DNA of 63,942 nt, filler included, from Lenisia limosa (Eukaryota; Protista; Breviatea), in NCBI GenBank assembly GCA_001655205.1. It is 15 parts of 15 records of this genome, joined end to end, with 100 filler letters (N's around TTAATTAATTAA, not from the genome) between each part and the next. Parts side by side here need not be neighbours in the genome. Positions count along the whole stretch, not along the records: positions 1 to 10,663 come from LPNZ01009288.1; positions 10,764 to 15,875 come from LPNZ01009755.1; 13 more parts are not named here. One strand, written 5' to 3'. A model generated the notes under the pieces. The model was not told the origin of the DNA. It did not search any database and saw nothing but the letters and a program-made list of their open reading frames with translations. Below are positions 1-12,910 of the stretch, piece by piece. Positions within the stretch are counted from its first letter, which is position 1; each line of letters opens with the position of its first letter. A program made the position numbers and the translations under genes.

Positions 1-328
1 CCAAAATGTAACTTGAATTTCATGAAGAAATCGCGCGCGTTAGATTTGGATATTTCAAAAGCCTGAGGTTTAATTCGGCAAAAAAACAAAGATTCCATAT
101 TGAAAGCAAATAGTCTCGGAAAAGTTCACATCAACTTTACATTAGCCCCAGGAAGCCGGCAGCATCATCCACGCGACCCGGCCGCGCGTCAGCTAGTCGA
201 AGCAGACCAAGGTCACGTGCTCGTTCAGCTTCCACAACAAATGACGACGAGTTGGGGGAGGGGGGTCATTATTTCATTTTTCCAATTTCCTCTCAATTCA
301 TTATTAACCGTTTAGCTCTGCCCCTCAG

Positions 329-3300
329 GTCGTTTCAACAATTGCAAGAGGAAAGGTGGGTCTTTTGAAAATGGCAGAATATCCTTGTTAGGGATTGTTG
401 ACGTAACATGGGATATTGTCTTGAAACGTTACGTCCTGCAGAGGGTGCGTCAAATTAAGGCCACAACGCTCCCGACAGGCCCTCCAACAGAGAACTCAGC
501 GAACATGTACATCGCGTTACAGTGTCATGTAGAAGATGCTACGAGGTGAGTCGATCTTATCATCATGACAATGAGGGTTCCATTAACCGCCTTTCAGGTC
601 CGATGGCACGGCGGCTCTGAGGCCGTTTTTGGTCTTTTCTCGGTGTGAAGTGTCACAATCTGAGGAGGTCTGCGGGATGGTGCAAGTTGAGTGGGATTTT
701 TGAGGCCTTGGCGCAATAACAGTGTTGCCCCTTTGTGCCCCCCATGTCTCACACTTTAGCCACCCGCCCCAGGTGTGGTGGACCTCGTATGCACTCCTGT
801 AGAACAAAGCCAGGTTCCTGGGGCCTTTACCCTCTTCGTATTGCTTAGGCTAGGTATCATTCTAGATGCGTATGATGAAACATTTTATTGTCATGAAAAT
901 AATGAATTTACGGATTGCACTGACGCCCGCAGGCGATCACGCCACCAGCTTCGCGTTGTGCGCCAATTGTCATAAAGGAGGACGACTTGTGCCAGGGGGC
1001 GTGGCTGCGGTACGCCCTCGTCAACTTAGGCTCGCAATATAACCCAATATTATCCTTTAACACTATTAACACCCTTAGTCCATTGTTAACACCTTAGTCC
1101 CATTGTTATTGAGTGTTTCGACGAAGCCAATCCCGCTGATCCTTTCATTGGCGAATATGTGGTAAGGGGCGCAGTTTCTCATTTTGCACTCTTTCATGCC
1201 TCGATTGTGGCTTTATTTGGTTCGTGATTAGGAGGACCTTTATGCCAGTATTCTTCATCCAAATTTCCTTCGCTTTACCCCCCCCCTCCCGCAGACGTCG
1301 CTTTACCACATTATGTCGACGGAGAACTGCTCTATGGACCTTCTCAACCCGTTAAAGGACGACATCGCCGCCAACGTCCGCATCAGTAAATGCCAGGTAG
1401 GAGGGGTGTCTTAATGCCAGGCAGGAGGGGTGTCTTAATGCCAGGTAGGAGGGGTGTCTTAATGCCAGGTAGGAGGGGTGTCNNNNNNNNNNNNNNNNNN
1501 NNNNNNNNNNNNNNNNNNNNNNNNNNNNNNNNNNNNNNNNNNNNNNNNNNNNNNNNNNNNNNNNNNNNNNNNNNNNNNNNNNNNNNNNNNNNNNNNNNNN
1601 NNNNNNNNNNNNNNNNNNNNNNNNNNNNNNNNNNNNNNNNNNNNNNNNNNNNAAGAGGAACGACAGAAAAGAAATATGATGAAGAGATTTATCAATGAGA
1701 AATATACGTTACACAGTTCATGGGATAGTACAATTTTAAGATAACACGGGACAGGTTTGCAATATTCCAGCCCTTCTTCTTGCCACTACCGCCGCTGCCC
1801 ATGAAGAAAATGTTNNNNNNNNNNNNNNNNNNNNNNNNNNNNNNNNNNNNNNNNNNNNNNNNNNNNNNNNNNNNNNNNNNNNNNNNNNNNNNNNNNNNNN
1901 NNNNNNNNNNNNNNNNNNNNNNNNNNNNNNNNNNNNNNNNNNNNNNNNNNNNACCGCCCATGCTTGGCATTGCGGAGTCCATGTTTGGCTTCATATCAAA
2001 ACACTTTTCCACCGTTCAATTCCTTTGGAGCATAGTACTTACCCTACAGCTGACCCTTGACGTGCGGCTCTACCCCTCCTTGGAGAACACAATTGCCTTC
2101 ATAGTGTTGCACCGCGTGTCGGACGATCGTGTAAGCATTATGGAGGGTTGTGTCAAACAGTGGTTTGCATTTTGACCACAATTGACAGTGCAAAACAGGC
2201 CGGATTTGAATTTACGGACTCTGTTGGGTGCCAAGATTGTTGTGGAACATCCAATGCGTTCCCACACCACGATCACAGAAATTCCATATCACTATTACAG
2301 GTGCCCATTGAGGCGCTGACGAGCAGCGAAAGTGCGCAGTGCCTATGGTCGGGCCTCACAGTGTCCATGCGGAAGGTGGGGCATGTATTACAGGGTGTGG
2401 GTTTGATGCTCTTGAATTAGAGGTATCTTTTCAATGAACTTTGTTTTCATATCGTGAAATATTATCCTTCGTGTGCTCTATTTACCATTGATTTTCTTTA
2501 ATAAAAATTGTTAATTTTATTCCTTCTCACCCCCTCCCCCCAGATAGTGCAATACGACTGGAATCGTCCCATTCTCTTCTCGGTCTATACCATTTCCCAA
2601 GGCGACACTGAGGCGCAACTACTCGGACAGTCCATGGTGGGTGCCTTTTTCAGTCAATTGCCTCTACCTCTTCCTCAGAGACCACTTACCTGATAGGCAA
2701 GTGTGATAGACATGTACAACGCCAGTCTCGTTTCACCCGCAAGAATGTCTCTTCGCAACATATCCGGAAAAGACGTGCCAGTGGGGTTGGATGATCCTCT
2801 GCTGACTAACATCGCACATTGCTGCACATTCTTGATAAGTCGCCTTTCCCAAATGATTGCGAGGATTTAATGTAATCCAGTAGTATATCTTATAAGCATG
2901 CGGTGTAGACGGCATCGTCCAGATACACACTTTGACATATTACTCATTGCAACTCAATAACAGGGAGCACCCAATCTGGAGGTGACGGGATGCAGAGTAT
3001 CAAGACACGGCAGACCAGTCACCCCACCAGCACAGGTGGGGGGGGGGGGNNNNNNNNNNNNNNNNNNNNNNNNNNNNNNNNNNNNNNNNNNNNNNNNNNN
3101 NNNNNNNNNNNNNNNNNNNNNNNNNNNNNNNNNNNNNNNNNNNNNNNNNNNNNNNNNNNNNNNNNNNNNNNNNNNNNNNNNNNNNNNNNNNNNNNNNNNN
3201 NNNNNNNNNNNNNNNNNNNNNNNNNNNNNNNNNNNNNNNNNNNNNNNNNNNNNNNNNNNNNNNNNNAAATCGAATATAGAAAACCTCACCATCCAGCCGG

Positions 3301-6300
3301 AGCCGTCGCTCATCAAACTTGTCCTCTCCGCACTCGTTATACAGTACACTGGTGAGTCCTTCGTGCAATACCCTCACCATCCATCCTCTTTTGCAGATTA
3401 TGAACTTCATCATCACCATCCATCCTCTTTTGCAGATTATGAACTTCAGCATCACCATTTAACCCGATTCCCCTGTAGAGATGAGCTGCATCAACCTGCA
3501 GGCCTGGACGGACAAGGCGGGATTCGTGCCGGTCGCACTGTCAGAAGGCGTGGGCTTGGGATTCGGATCTTTTTGTCAAATGAGTGGGTGAATAGATTTT
3601 ATTCCAATTCATTATGTTATCCATTATTCCCTTCACGTTTTTGATATTTATACATTTTGCTGTGGTTGCGTGTATTCTAGATTGTGTGTCTAGCTCTCGA
3701 GAATTTCGCAGGGTAATGTCACTATATCGACACTTCAAATGTCATCTTTTTCCAAGTCTTGTTTACCCCCTTCTGGCTCAATGTTAGCTTGTCCAATTGA
3801 TTTTGGGTGCTAGCTAATAGTCTGTGCTACCTCTTTACTCCCCCCCCCCCCCNNNNNNNNNNNNNNNNNNNNNNNNNNNNNNNNNNNNNNNNNNNNNNNN
3901 NNNNNNNNNNNNNNNNNNNNNNNNNNNNNNNNNNNNNNNNNNNNNNNNNNNNNNNNNNNNNNNNNNAGTCTGTGACGGCGACTGGGATAAAGTAGGCTCG
4001 GCTTTCTACTCGGTTTAGTTAGAAAAACATTACCATTTTTTGTTTTTAATAATTATTATTCGGATATGCTATGATGGTTATTAAGTAATAGATGGTTATT
4101 AAGTAATAGTTCACGCTATGATGGGAATTTACTTTATTCATGAGTATAAATAGTCTCAACATAAATGCGCTGGCATATTTAATTTTCCATCTATTGTCAT
4201 AGCTCTTGGGAAATTCTATTGACCTTTTAGGTGCTACTCGTACAGGTGTGTCCGGCAGCCGATTACGCGACATTGAAGGAGGCCGTTGCATCCGCCACAC
4301 CCTTTACCCCGTCAACTGGTAGGGATTCTGGTGTCCCTTACATTCTGGCTTTTTTGGTACTCTCAGGAATAGACAATAACACCAAGCCAGGAGGTTGACT
4401 GTTCTTTCCTCACCCCCACGCAGTTGTTGGCGAGGCGGTGACATCCCTTCGACAGCTTTCATTTGCCAAGACAATCCTCAACCTGACTGTTCACCACTCT
4501 CAAGTAAGGGAAATCGTTTTGCGTCGGATTGCTCGTGCTTTTTGTTCTGCTAAAAGTTTGTTTACCTCCTTTTGAACCAATAGTTTGTGATAAAGTATAT
4601 ATAGTATACTACATATCTTTTGTTTAGGCGTGTACGTGTACATTGTTCCAACAATTTGTGCACACTTACCCCTCCCCCNNNNNNNNNNNNNNNNNNNNNN
4701 NNNNNNNNNNNNNNNNNNNNNNNNNNNNNNNNNNNNNNNNNNNNNNNNNNNNNNNNNNNNNNNNNNNNNNNNNNNNNNNNNNNNNNNNNNNNNNNNNNNN
4801 NNNNNNNNNNNNNNNNNNNNNNNNNNNNNNNNNNNNNNNNNNNNNNNNNNNNNNNNNNNNGTTGATCACCTTGATTTTTCTGTCCGTGATAAATGACCTC
4901 ATTGATTCTATATTATCCCTCACCATAACCATGGTAGGGCCCGGCCTGTTGTCACGTTCAAACTCAAAGCTACTGATTCACTCTGCTCGGTGAGGGGTGC
5001 ATCAACCACCTGAAGTGCTGTGTGATATTATTTTATTTTATTTTCAAAAGAAGTTCTAAATTGAAACACTTCTCATAGTCGCTTTTTGTGAATCAGTTTG
5101 TGATAATCATACTCTGGTTATTTATTACATACTTCAATACTCATGGCCTCCAGACTGACTCGTTTGTTGTGCTGTCCTCTTTCCACAACGAGAAATCAAG
5201 CTTTGTTGACGTCTACGCCACACCCACTGCGTCCATGCAATGGGAGGAGGTGCGAGGGGATATATTGCTGGAATATGAATACCCCTAGGCTTTCAATTTT
5301 GCCAGAATAACTTTTCATAGTAGTGGCCTTTGTTCTTCACATCATCATTACGTCACAATATTTCTGGCCTTACCGCGTAGTTTATCATACCCCAACAACC
5401 CCTCTGCGGTGGCCACTGGGACCTTCCTCTTCGCTTACAGGTGGGCCTTGTTTGTGTGTTCTGACTCGTTCTTGGGGAGAGTGTCTGTAAATAATTTGCA
5501 TACTGCTTGCTCTCTTCCCATTCAAAGGAATTACTTTTCTGAGCAGTTGTTGGTATTGTGTCCGCAATTACAACCCTTAGCTCTTCGACCACGACTCTCA
5601 CGGCCAAAGGGACCTTGTTGGCCAGTGCACGGTTGGTGGTCTGGGCCATAAGGGGTGGGGAGAGGGGTCTTCGCTTCCAATAGAGGATCTACTCTACCAT
5701 GAATACTCTAAAGGTGCACAATTTACATTCGAATAGCTTCGAAACACATAATATTTCCACTCAGCTGAGGCAAAACTTCTGTATATTCTCTTGGGAGGTA
5801 TTTCACCGAAGCGCACTCTTTCATTATATTTGAAGTAAATGAGAATACCTGCCATTTTTATGATTTCAGACCACCCTTCGAGAATTGGCGGGAAGAGAAA
5901 AAACAGAGTTTTCTGTTTATGACAGGGTAAGACCACAAACGGCGTATATATGGCCTCGGAGTCTTTTTTTCTTGTCACCCATATTATTATTTTTATGATT
6001 TCTCTTTTTGCATATCCCTTTTCTTTGTTTTATTTTTCTTCGTATATCCTAACTTTTCATGGGAATATGCTCATGGATTGCCGAACTATGATTCAACATT
6101 TTTCTTGGGGGTTTGTTTTCGTTTATCCGTCGACCCCCCCCCCCCNNNNNNNNNNNNNNNNNNNNNNNNNNNNNNNNNNNNNNNNNNNNNTCAGAACAAT
6201 ACCTAGATCATAGATCATAGATCATAAATTGAGGGGATTCATTAAAAACTACTCAACATGCGATAAACACGATAAAACCTGGACAAAACAACAGGTTTAA

Positions 6301-9300
6301 CAGTTTGGTTTAAGACAAAGATGTAAGATGAAGGTAACTTTGCTTACATGGCGGAACACATGCGACACTGTGTAACCCTCATTCAGATTAGTGAAATCCT
6401 CATCGTTTCTTCTTTTCTCAAACATATCCATTTCCTATCAGGAAAGAGCTTGAAAATCGGAAAGCATCCACGTAGCTTTAAGTCCAAGAGAAACACGGGG
6501 AATTGAAATTTTTCTTCTGCAGTAGTACAGTAGTTTTTCTGTTAAGGCAAACAGGCAAGCAGGAGTGGAAGTGCATGATGTGGTCATGACGTCACATGCT
6601 ACATGGGGGGTTATCTATATGATGTAAAAGTGATAAAAACCCCTGTTTTGGGACATATGCGTAGTGTATGCAAAATCCTACCTAATTATATTAGAACATT
6701 CAACAAAACAAGTACAATCATTTTCCTGCAAAACCTTGCTGGCAGGCACTCCACAGTCACAGTTCATCTGCAAATACCACCACTGTCTTGAGTGGCTCTG
6801 AAGCTGATTTCTCAGTCGCTTGAAGAGGTGGGTCAGGTCAAAAATGATAAAGTTGACGCGGTCCTGGTTAATAAAGTATCGTAATCAAATAAGGAACCCA
6901 AAGCAACATAGAGCGGGTGTGCAGTGTTTCTCAACTTTGAGTGTGATGTCCCCAAGTGGGTCAGGAGTTATTGCAGATAGGTAACAAATGTTTTGGAATC
7001 AGAAGATTCCAAGGAATAACCCAATTACCTGAGACAGGTCCAAGAAGTTCAACATTGGTTTCTTCGAAGGCCCTTGGCAACTTTGCGATTCGGATATATG
7101 TCATGTAGGCACACATGATTCACAGAACGCATAGATACTACATTCAGCCGATGGTCTCTATCTAAAATACTATTCAAACTAAGAGTTACTTTAGTTGATT
7201 TCCAAACCTTGTACCTGTTAGAACTGCTAATATCGAAAAGAATCCACAAAAGCCTCTTTTGCTTTTGGCTCGCTTTAATTTTGCAAAGCGAACGTTGTAT
7301 TGAATTCCTATCTTTTTTTTTTTTATGTTACTGCTCTTGCCTTCCAAATATTTTGNNNNNNNNNNNNNNNNNNNNNNNNNNNNNNNNNNNNNNNNNNNNN
7401 NNNNNNNNNNNNNNNNNNNNNNNNNNNNNNNNNNNNNNNNNNNTGCTGGCCAACAGAGTTTATTTTGGGCTTTTTTTTGTTTCGGAAATTTTCCAACCCC
7501 CCACCTCCTCTCACAAACCAGGCGCTTGACCGCGAGGATTCCAGTTACCTGAGTAGCGGGACAATTGAGGTGAGGAAGCTTAGAAATTGGACTTCTTGGT
7601 TGATAAAACTGGTTATAGTTTACCCCCCCCCCAGGTTGAGAAGTGCATAGTGTCACGTGATAGCCGGCCATTACGCCCGCCACCGGTGCAGNNNNNNNNN
7701 NNNNNNNNNNNNNNNNNNNNNNNNNNNNNNNNNNNNNNNNNNNNNNNNNNNNNNNNNNNNNNNNNNNNNNNNNNNNNNNNNNNNNNNNNNNNNNNNNNNN
7801 NNNNNNNNNNNNNNNNNNNNNNNNNNNNNNNNNNNNNNNNNNNNNNNNNNNNNNNNNNNNNNNNNNNNNNNNNNNNNNNNNNNNNNNNNNNNNNNNNNNN
7901 NNNNNNNNNNNNNNNNNNNNNNNNNNNNNNNNNNNNNNNNNNNNNNNNNNNACAACTCTGCGCACACAGCTTTCTGTGTGCCTCCCCAGCATACATAATA
8001 ATGGACATCATGCATCTCCTAAACCCCCGACACTCCATCATGCCCCTTAGACTGCAGTTCCAGGTGCCAGCCTACAGTATCACGGAGGACAATGTCAGCA
8101 TCTACTTCACAATGTCGTCCAAACTTCCCGGCTCGGACGCCTTTTCTTTGGTATGCTTCTGGTTTTTTCGCATCAGACGGCAGCTTTACATTTGAACAAG
8201 TTGATTTCTGTTTGCCACCCCTCCGCACTCACCCCCCCAGATTCTGACGAGTGAGAGCATATCCGGCACGCGGCTCAACCCCTGGGAAGTGGTGTACTGT
8301 CTTGCGGACAAACTGGTGGTGGATGGCCGGGCGGTTCCAATACTCCTGGAAGTAAGCAAGGGGGCGTAGCACTTTGCCGAGAACATTATTTCTCTTTTGT
8401 GCTTGTTATTGCATTTATTGCCGCTCACCCCCAGTTCTACACGCTGACAGACAGAGTACCGACTCTCGCCGCCCACCTTGTGACTGACCTGGGTGTTCTG
8501 GCCGGGCCAGGACCCAAACACCTGGTACCCATCCACCCAATAAATAGAAACGTGAGGGGGGGGGGGACTCACTCATCAAACCAGTTTTTTTTTGTTTATT
8601 TGGGGCGTTTCCACAACCACAGCTGCATTTTAGTTTTACTCCCTGTACGCTGGAGTGATGGGATTCGGTGTTGCAGAAGCGACTGGTCTGGGCTTTCTTT
8701 GTTTTGTTNNNNNNNNNNNNNNNNNNNNNNNNNNNNNNNNNNNNNNNNNNNNNNNNNNNNNNNNNNNNNNNNNNNACAGAGTTGGGGCTTTTTGTTTCAT
8801 CAATTTTCCAATTTTACTCTCCACACCCCTCAGAACACACTCGGAGCAATGAGTGTCATTTGGGCCGACATCAGCCTGGCGTCTCAGACACTGCAGCCAC
8901 CCCCCAACGAGTCTCACAATCTCAAAGCGAGGTGCGATGCCTATTGAGGCTCTATGATGCCAGTGTTCTCTTACCTCACCCGCATGTATTGTCTTATCTC
9001 ACCCTCATGTATTTTCTTATCTCACCCGCATGTATTGTCTTATCTCACCCACATGTATTGTCTTATCTCACCCCAGAATTGAGGTTGTCGGACACAATGT
9101 GAGACCTGTGGAGAATAACTCAAAAGCGTCAATTATCGTTATTCGGGTACGTTTGCATGCTGTAATGAATATCCACGAATGATGACAATGTCAACTATCA
9201 GCATCACTCTTCCCAGCTGATTCACTGCACCCCCAGGTACTAGGCCATGAAGTGGGACGATCAGACTTGGAGATCAGCGGCAACACCGCAGAATGGCCGC

Positions 9301-10655
9301 ACGTGACCAGTAGGCATTATCACCTCCCAGTTTACCTCTCCCAGTTCTACCCCCCCCCTCCACCTCCCAGTTCTACCCTCCATTTAATATTTTTGGGGGT
9401 TCAATTTTTAAAACAAAAAAACGCTTCTCTCCCAATTGCCTTTACCGCCATAGTCCCGTTCACCTCGCTGTGTCCCAGTGGCGACTGGTCCCAATACGTC
9501 TCCTTCTCCCTCATGCAGTTTATTCTTGCAGCCTACGAGCAAGTTGCCTCCATAGAGGTNNNNNNNNNNNNNNNNNNNNNNNNNNNNNNNNNNNNNNNNN
9601 NNNNNNNNNNNNNNNNNNNNNNNNNNNNNNNNNNNNNNNNNNNNNNNNNNNNNNNNNCATCAAGAGGAACGAAGAGGAAATTGGGAACAACCCCAGGTTT
9701 ATTACATTGTAGTGCTCTATCCGTCAGCTTGTTCAAGATGGCGGAATATCAGTCAACATCCCCGACAGCGGCACCACCACTCTGAACCTCTCAGTTGTTG
9801 TCACTGACCTTGATGTGTTGGTGGTTGTGATGTTTTAGATATCCTTTTGGTTGTCTCAGCAATAAAACTATCGTTCCAGGTCCCCCCCTCCTTCTGAAAT
9901 GTTCTTGATATGAGCAAATTTCCTCTTATTTCTTATAATCCAATATCCCTTATAAGCGTGATGGTAAGGACGGCTTCGGCCAGATACAACCTTGTTTTCT
10001 CTTATCTCTATTGTCACCCTGTGTACTNNNNNNNNNNNNNNNNNNNNNNNNNNNNNNNNNNNGATACCCGCCCCCGACTTCCTGCCGCATGAAACTCGGG
10101 ATGAGGCCACCGTGACTGCCAAGGTGGGGGTGTGATGCGATCATGGGGTTGGTAACTGATTTGGGGGTGGTGAGATACTGCACCGTTTTTTGGCTAACCC
10201 ATGGTAGGTTGATAAGGAGTTGCCGCAAGAGAAGATCGTAATCCTCGAGCCTGATGATAGCAATGAAGTCCTAACGTGGGGGGGGAGGGGTGAACAACAT
10301 TCCATTACTACATACAATCATCTAATATGTCTTGTATCATATACAATACTAATATAATGTAGTAACAGTGACCGGGATAAGTTATGACCGTTTTACTATG
10401 TGATTTCCCAAGGGAAATCGGTCAATACTTATCCCAGTCACTGTATACTGTATGATTGAGAATAAATAGCTATTATGTATAGTATGTTTGGACTTTGGAG
10501 AATTTGGTTGTATTTAGTCCATATAATGTTCCTGACCATGTTGCCTGTACTCACTGCACAGACTGAACATTTCGTGCAACAACCTGTCCCCGGGCGACAT
10601 AGATAGTCTCCTACCAGACCCGATGGTCGTCATCTCTGCCATGCGTGGAGGCCAG
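329..10655 (+). CDS. Large multi-exon protein with tandem copine-type C2 domains (partial, gaps; could be more than one gene)
   Basis: GT-AG bounded exons translate to C2/copine-like segments: IVQYDWNRPILFSVY...LLGQSM (~2545-2636), VCDGDWDK (~3968), VVGEAVTSLRQLS (4424-4503), ILTSESISGTRLNPW (~8241), IEVVGHNVRPVE (~9077), EVGRSDLEISGNTAEW (~9237), VPFTSLCPSGDWSQYVSFSL (~9453) and LNISCNNLSPGDIDSLLPDPMVVIS (~10563). The last resembles the copine C2A start LSISCRNL.D.D..SKSDPMVV. Confidence 0.65.
1389..1482 (+). repeat. Tandem repeat, 24-nt unit AATGCCAG|GTAGGAGGGGTGTCTT, at least 4 copies, spanning a 5' splice site
   Basis: Read directly; the array runs into an N gap. The first copy contains the real donor at 1397. 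Confidence 0.9.
8975..9075 (+). repeat. Tandem repeat, 23-nt unit CTCACCC.CATGTATTGTCTTAT x~4.4, ending at a 3' splice site
   Basis: Read directly; terminates in CTCACCCCAG| before exon IEVVGHNVRPVE. Confidence 0.85.
10366..10443. mobile_element. Tc1/mariner-like MITE family B (~78 bp hairpin)
   Basis: TIR CAGTGACCGGGATAAGT...ACTTATCCCAGTCACTG followed by TA. Other copies or fragments near 48849-48915, 51063-51108, 51423-51498, 58444-58466, 59043-59122, 61068-61143 and 63238-63315. Confidence 0.8.
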
Positions 10656-10663
10656 GGTGGGGA

Positions 10664-10763
10664 NNNNNNNNNNNNNNNNNNNNNNNNNNNNNNNNNNNNN
10701 NNNNNNNTTAATTAATTAANNNNNNNNNNNNNNNNNNNNNNNNNNNNNNNNNNNNNNNNNNNN
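10664..10763. other. Artificial scaffold-joining linker N44-TTAATTAATTAA-N44 (first of 14)
   Basis: An exactly 100-bp cassette with stops in all six frames, flanked by 44 N on each side. Identical copies at 15876-15975, 22178-22277, 25940-26039, 27611-27710, 30788-30887, 42890-42989, 45456-45555, 47069-47168, 49422-49521, 53047-53146, 57227-57326, 58826-58925 and 62149-62248. These define 15 independent scaffolds. Confidence 0.98.
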
Positions 10764-10765
10764 CT

Positions 10766-10926
10766 GAAATAAAAGCCATATTGAACCCACTTTTCCAGCC
10801 ACATCTTCCTGTATAGAAACCGCAGGAAACTGTATTCCAAGATTCCAGAGAGGATTCTGGTTTTACGTTTTAGGGAGAAATCGAAGAGATGATTGAGAGA
10901 GAGTATCTTGAGCGTAACGATGAAGG
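10766..10926 (+). CDS. Cullin-family C-terminal (winged-helix/neddylation domain) fragment
   Basis: Two exons give EIKAILNPLFQPHLP / GEIEEMIEREYLERNDE, matching the cullin C-terminal motif ..RF.P....IKK.IE.LIEREYLER. 5' truncated at the scaffold edge; last exon not identified. Confidence 0.65.
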
Positions 10927-12910
10927 GTGGGGGGGAGGGGGTGGGTAAAAATAGACATTGAGAAAACACCGAATTCAGTTAAAGAAATGTACAAAAAGGT
11001 CACATAGGGTCAAGATGTCGGTGGCGACAGGGTAAAACCCTTAGGATGGACCATTTGAGCACAGTGTACTAAAACTTCATTCGGTTCCAGAGAACTGCAA
11101 AACTAACTATTCATACAATTTAAAAAACAATAGGTGGGGGGAGTAAAAATGGACAATTTGTTAAACACAACATCAATCATTTAAAGGGGGTGGGGGAAGT
11201 AAGTTCGGTGTTCCAGCAATTCTCCAAGCTACCATATTTGCCATACTTTTCACACCATTTAGAGGCTATAATTACTTGGCGTAGACGCTATGTACGCGTG
11301 TTTGGGGTTTGGTCCATGTTTTCTAATGTATTTATCTATTTCGTTTGAGTGTTGTCCAAATCATCTCCTCTTTTCCAGAATGATATCGCTTCATTTTCAG
11401 TTCTAAAAAGGCTGACTTCTCAAAAAATCCCGATATTTTTAGGTATATATGTGACGACTACCCATGTGGGTATTTCTTTTAGAAACTCAATCAATTGGGA
11501 AATTTTGGATTGAATTAAGGAGCCCAATAGTTCCTTCAAGTCTGAGTGTGTATCGTTATTCAATGATAATGGATTGGTGAAGAAAAGTTTTGGTGACCTG
11601 GCAGTTCTGAACTCAACATTGATAACAACATAAAACATTATCTGGAATTGATAAATGATACAATAAATGCACCGCAAGCCTGTGGTAACTATTCGACTCG
11701 GGTTGACTCACATAAAGGGAGATACTATTGAATGAAAAGGATTATATTATTGATTAAAAAAAATCAAAGCACAAAAAAACCAAAACTGCAAAAACACAAC
11801 AAGACGTCCTTAAACTGAACGTGAAAGGTCAACTACATCGTGAGTTATGACTTCAAAACATAATACNNNNNNNNNNNNNNNNNNNNNNNNNNNNNNNNNN
11901 NNNNNNNNNNNNNNNNNNNNNNNNNNNNNNNNNNNNNNNNNNNNNNNNNNNNNNNNNNNNNNNNNNNNNNNNNNNNNNNNNNNNNNNNNNNNNNNNNNNN
12001 NNNNNNNNNNNNNNNNNNNNNNNNNNNNNNNNAAGATGGGTGAAGAGAAACATAGCATATCTTATAATTACTTACAATTGTGAAGAGATAAGTGACCATC
12101 CTATCATAAAGACGATGAAATATAAGAAATAATGTTAGGAGTTCAGGATATGTACCGAGAATGTTAGACTTTTGCTACAACATCTATCACACTGGAAATA
12201 TCATATACACAAGTCGGAACGTCCATTGTCTAATAACTATACATTACTATATTATATACATAATAAATCAATAATATAATAAAACATATAATATTACATA
12301 ACTGTTCGAAACTACAAAGCAGAACATATCATATGTATACTGTAGATGTGATATAATACATACATGTATATATACATGATATTCTGGATAGTAAACCATC
12401 AACAATCTCGTAGAAGGTGATAATGCGATCAATAAGATGATCCAAAATCTAATGCAAGGCGTATATATATTTAGAAAAATAAATGTATTCATAAAATATA
12501 TCCTCCTAGATTTAGGTTCATATAAACAAGGTTTTTAGGTTCTACAACTGCGATCATTTGATCTGACTTTTAGTCATTTTTTTTGGAAGAAATTTTCAAC
12601 GGAGACCCGGTGAGTGTTGGGGAGTTTACTGTCATGTCACATTAGCTTTTTTCAGTCTCTCTTCTTTGTGTCTTGTCTTTTGCTTTATGCGATTAGAGGT
12701 CGCTCCTGAAATTAACGGTGGTGCAGAATCGCGCGATGATTTGTTTTCCGAGGAAGTAGTGCCGAATCAGGTATGAGTTATGAATCTACGACCACGTAGT
12801 TTTCCTTGAAGCAGAATAAATGATCCACAGGCATATCATATAAAGACTTCCCCACAATATTACATGGAAACATGACTTATCTGGTATTATGGAAAATATA
12901 TCATTTCTCT

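Noticed and set aside
1390-1698. ORF-track peptides such as MPGRRGV repeats and the many X-filled ORFs
   Set aside because: They are translations of intronic tandem repeats or run through N gaps; real coding sequence is split into short exons.
10708-10719. Recurring TTAATTAATTAA palindrome as a biological motif, att site or CRISPR-like repeat
   Set aside because: It is always centred in exactly 44+44 N and has stops in all six frames: a synthetic concatenation linker.
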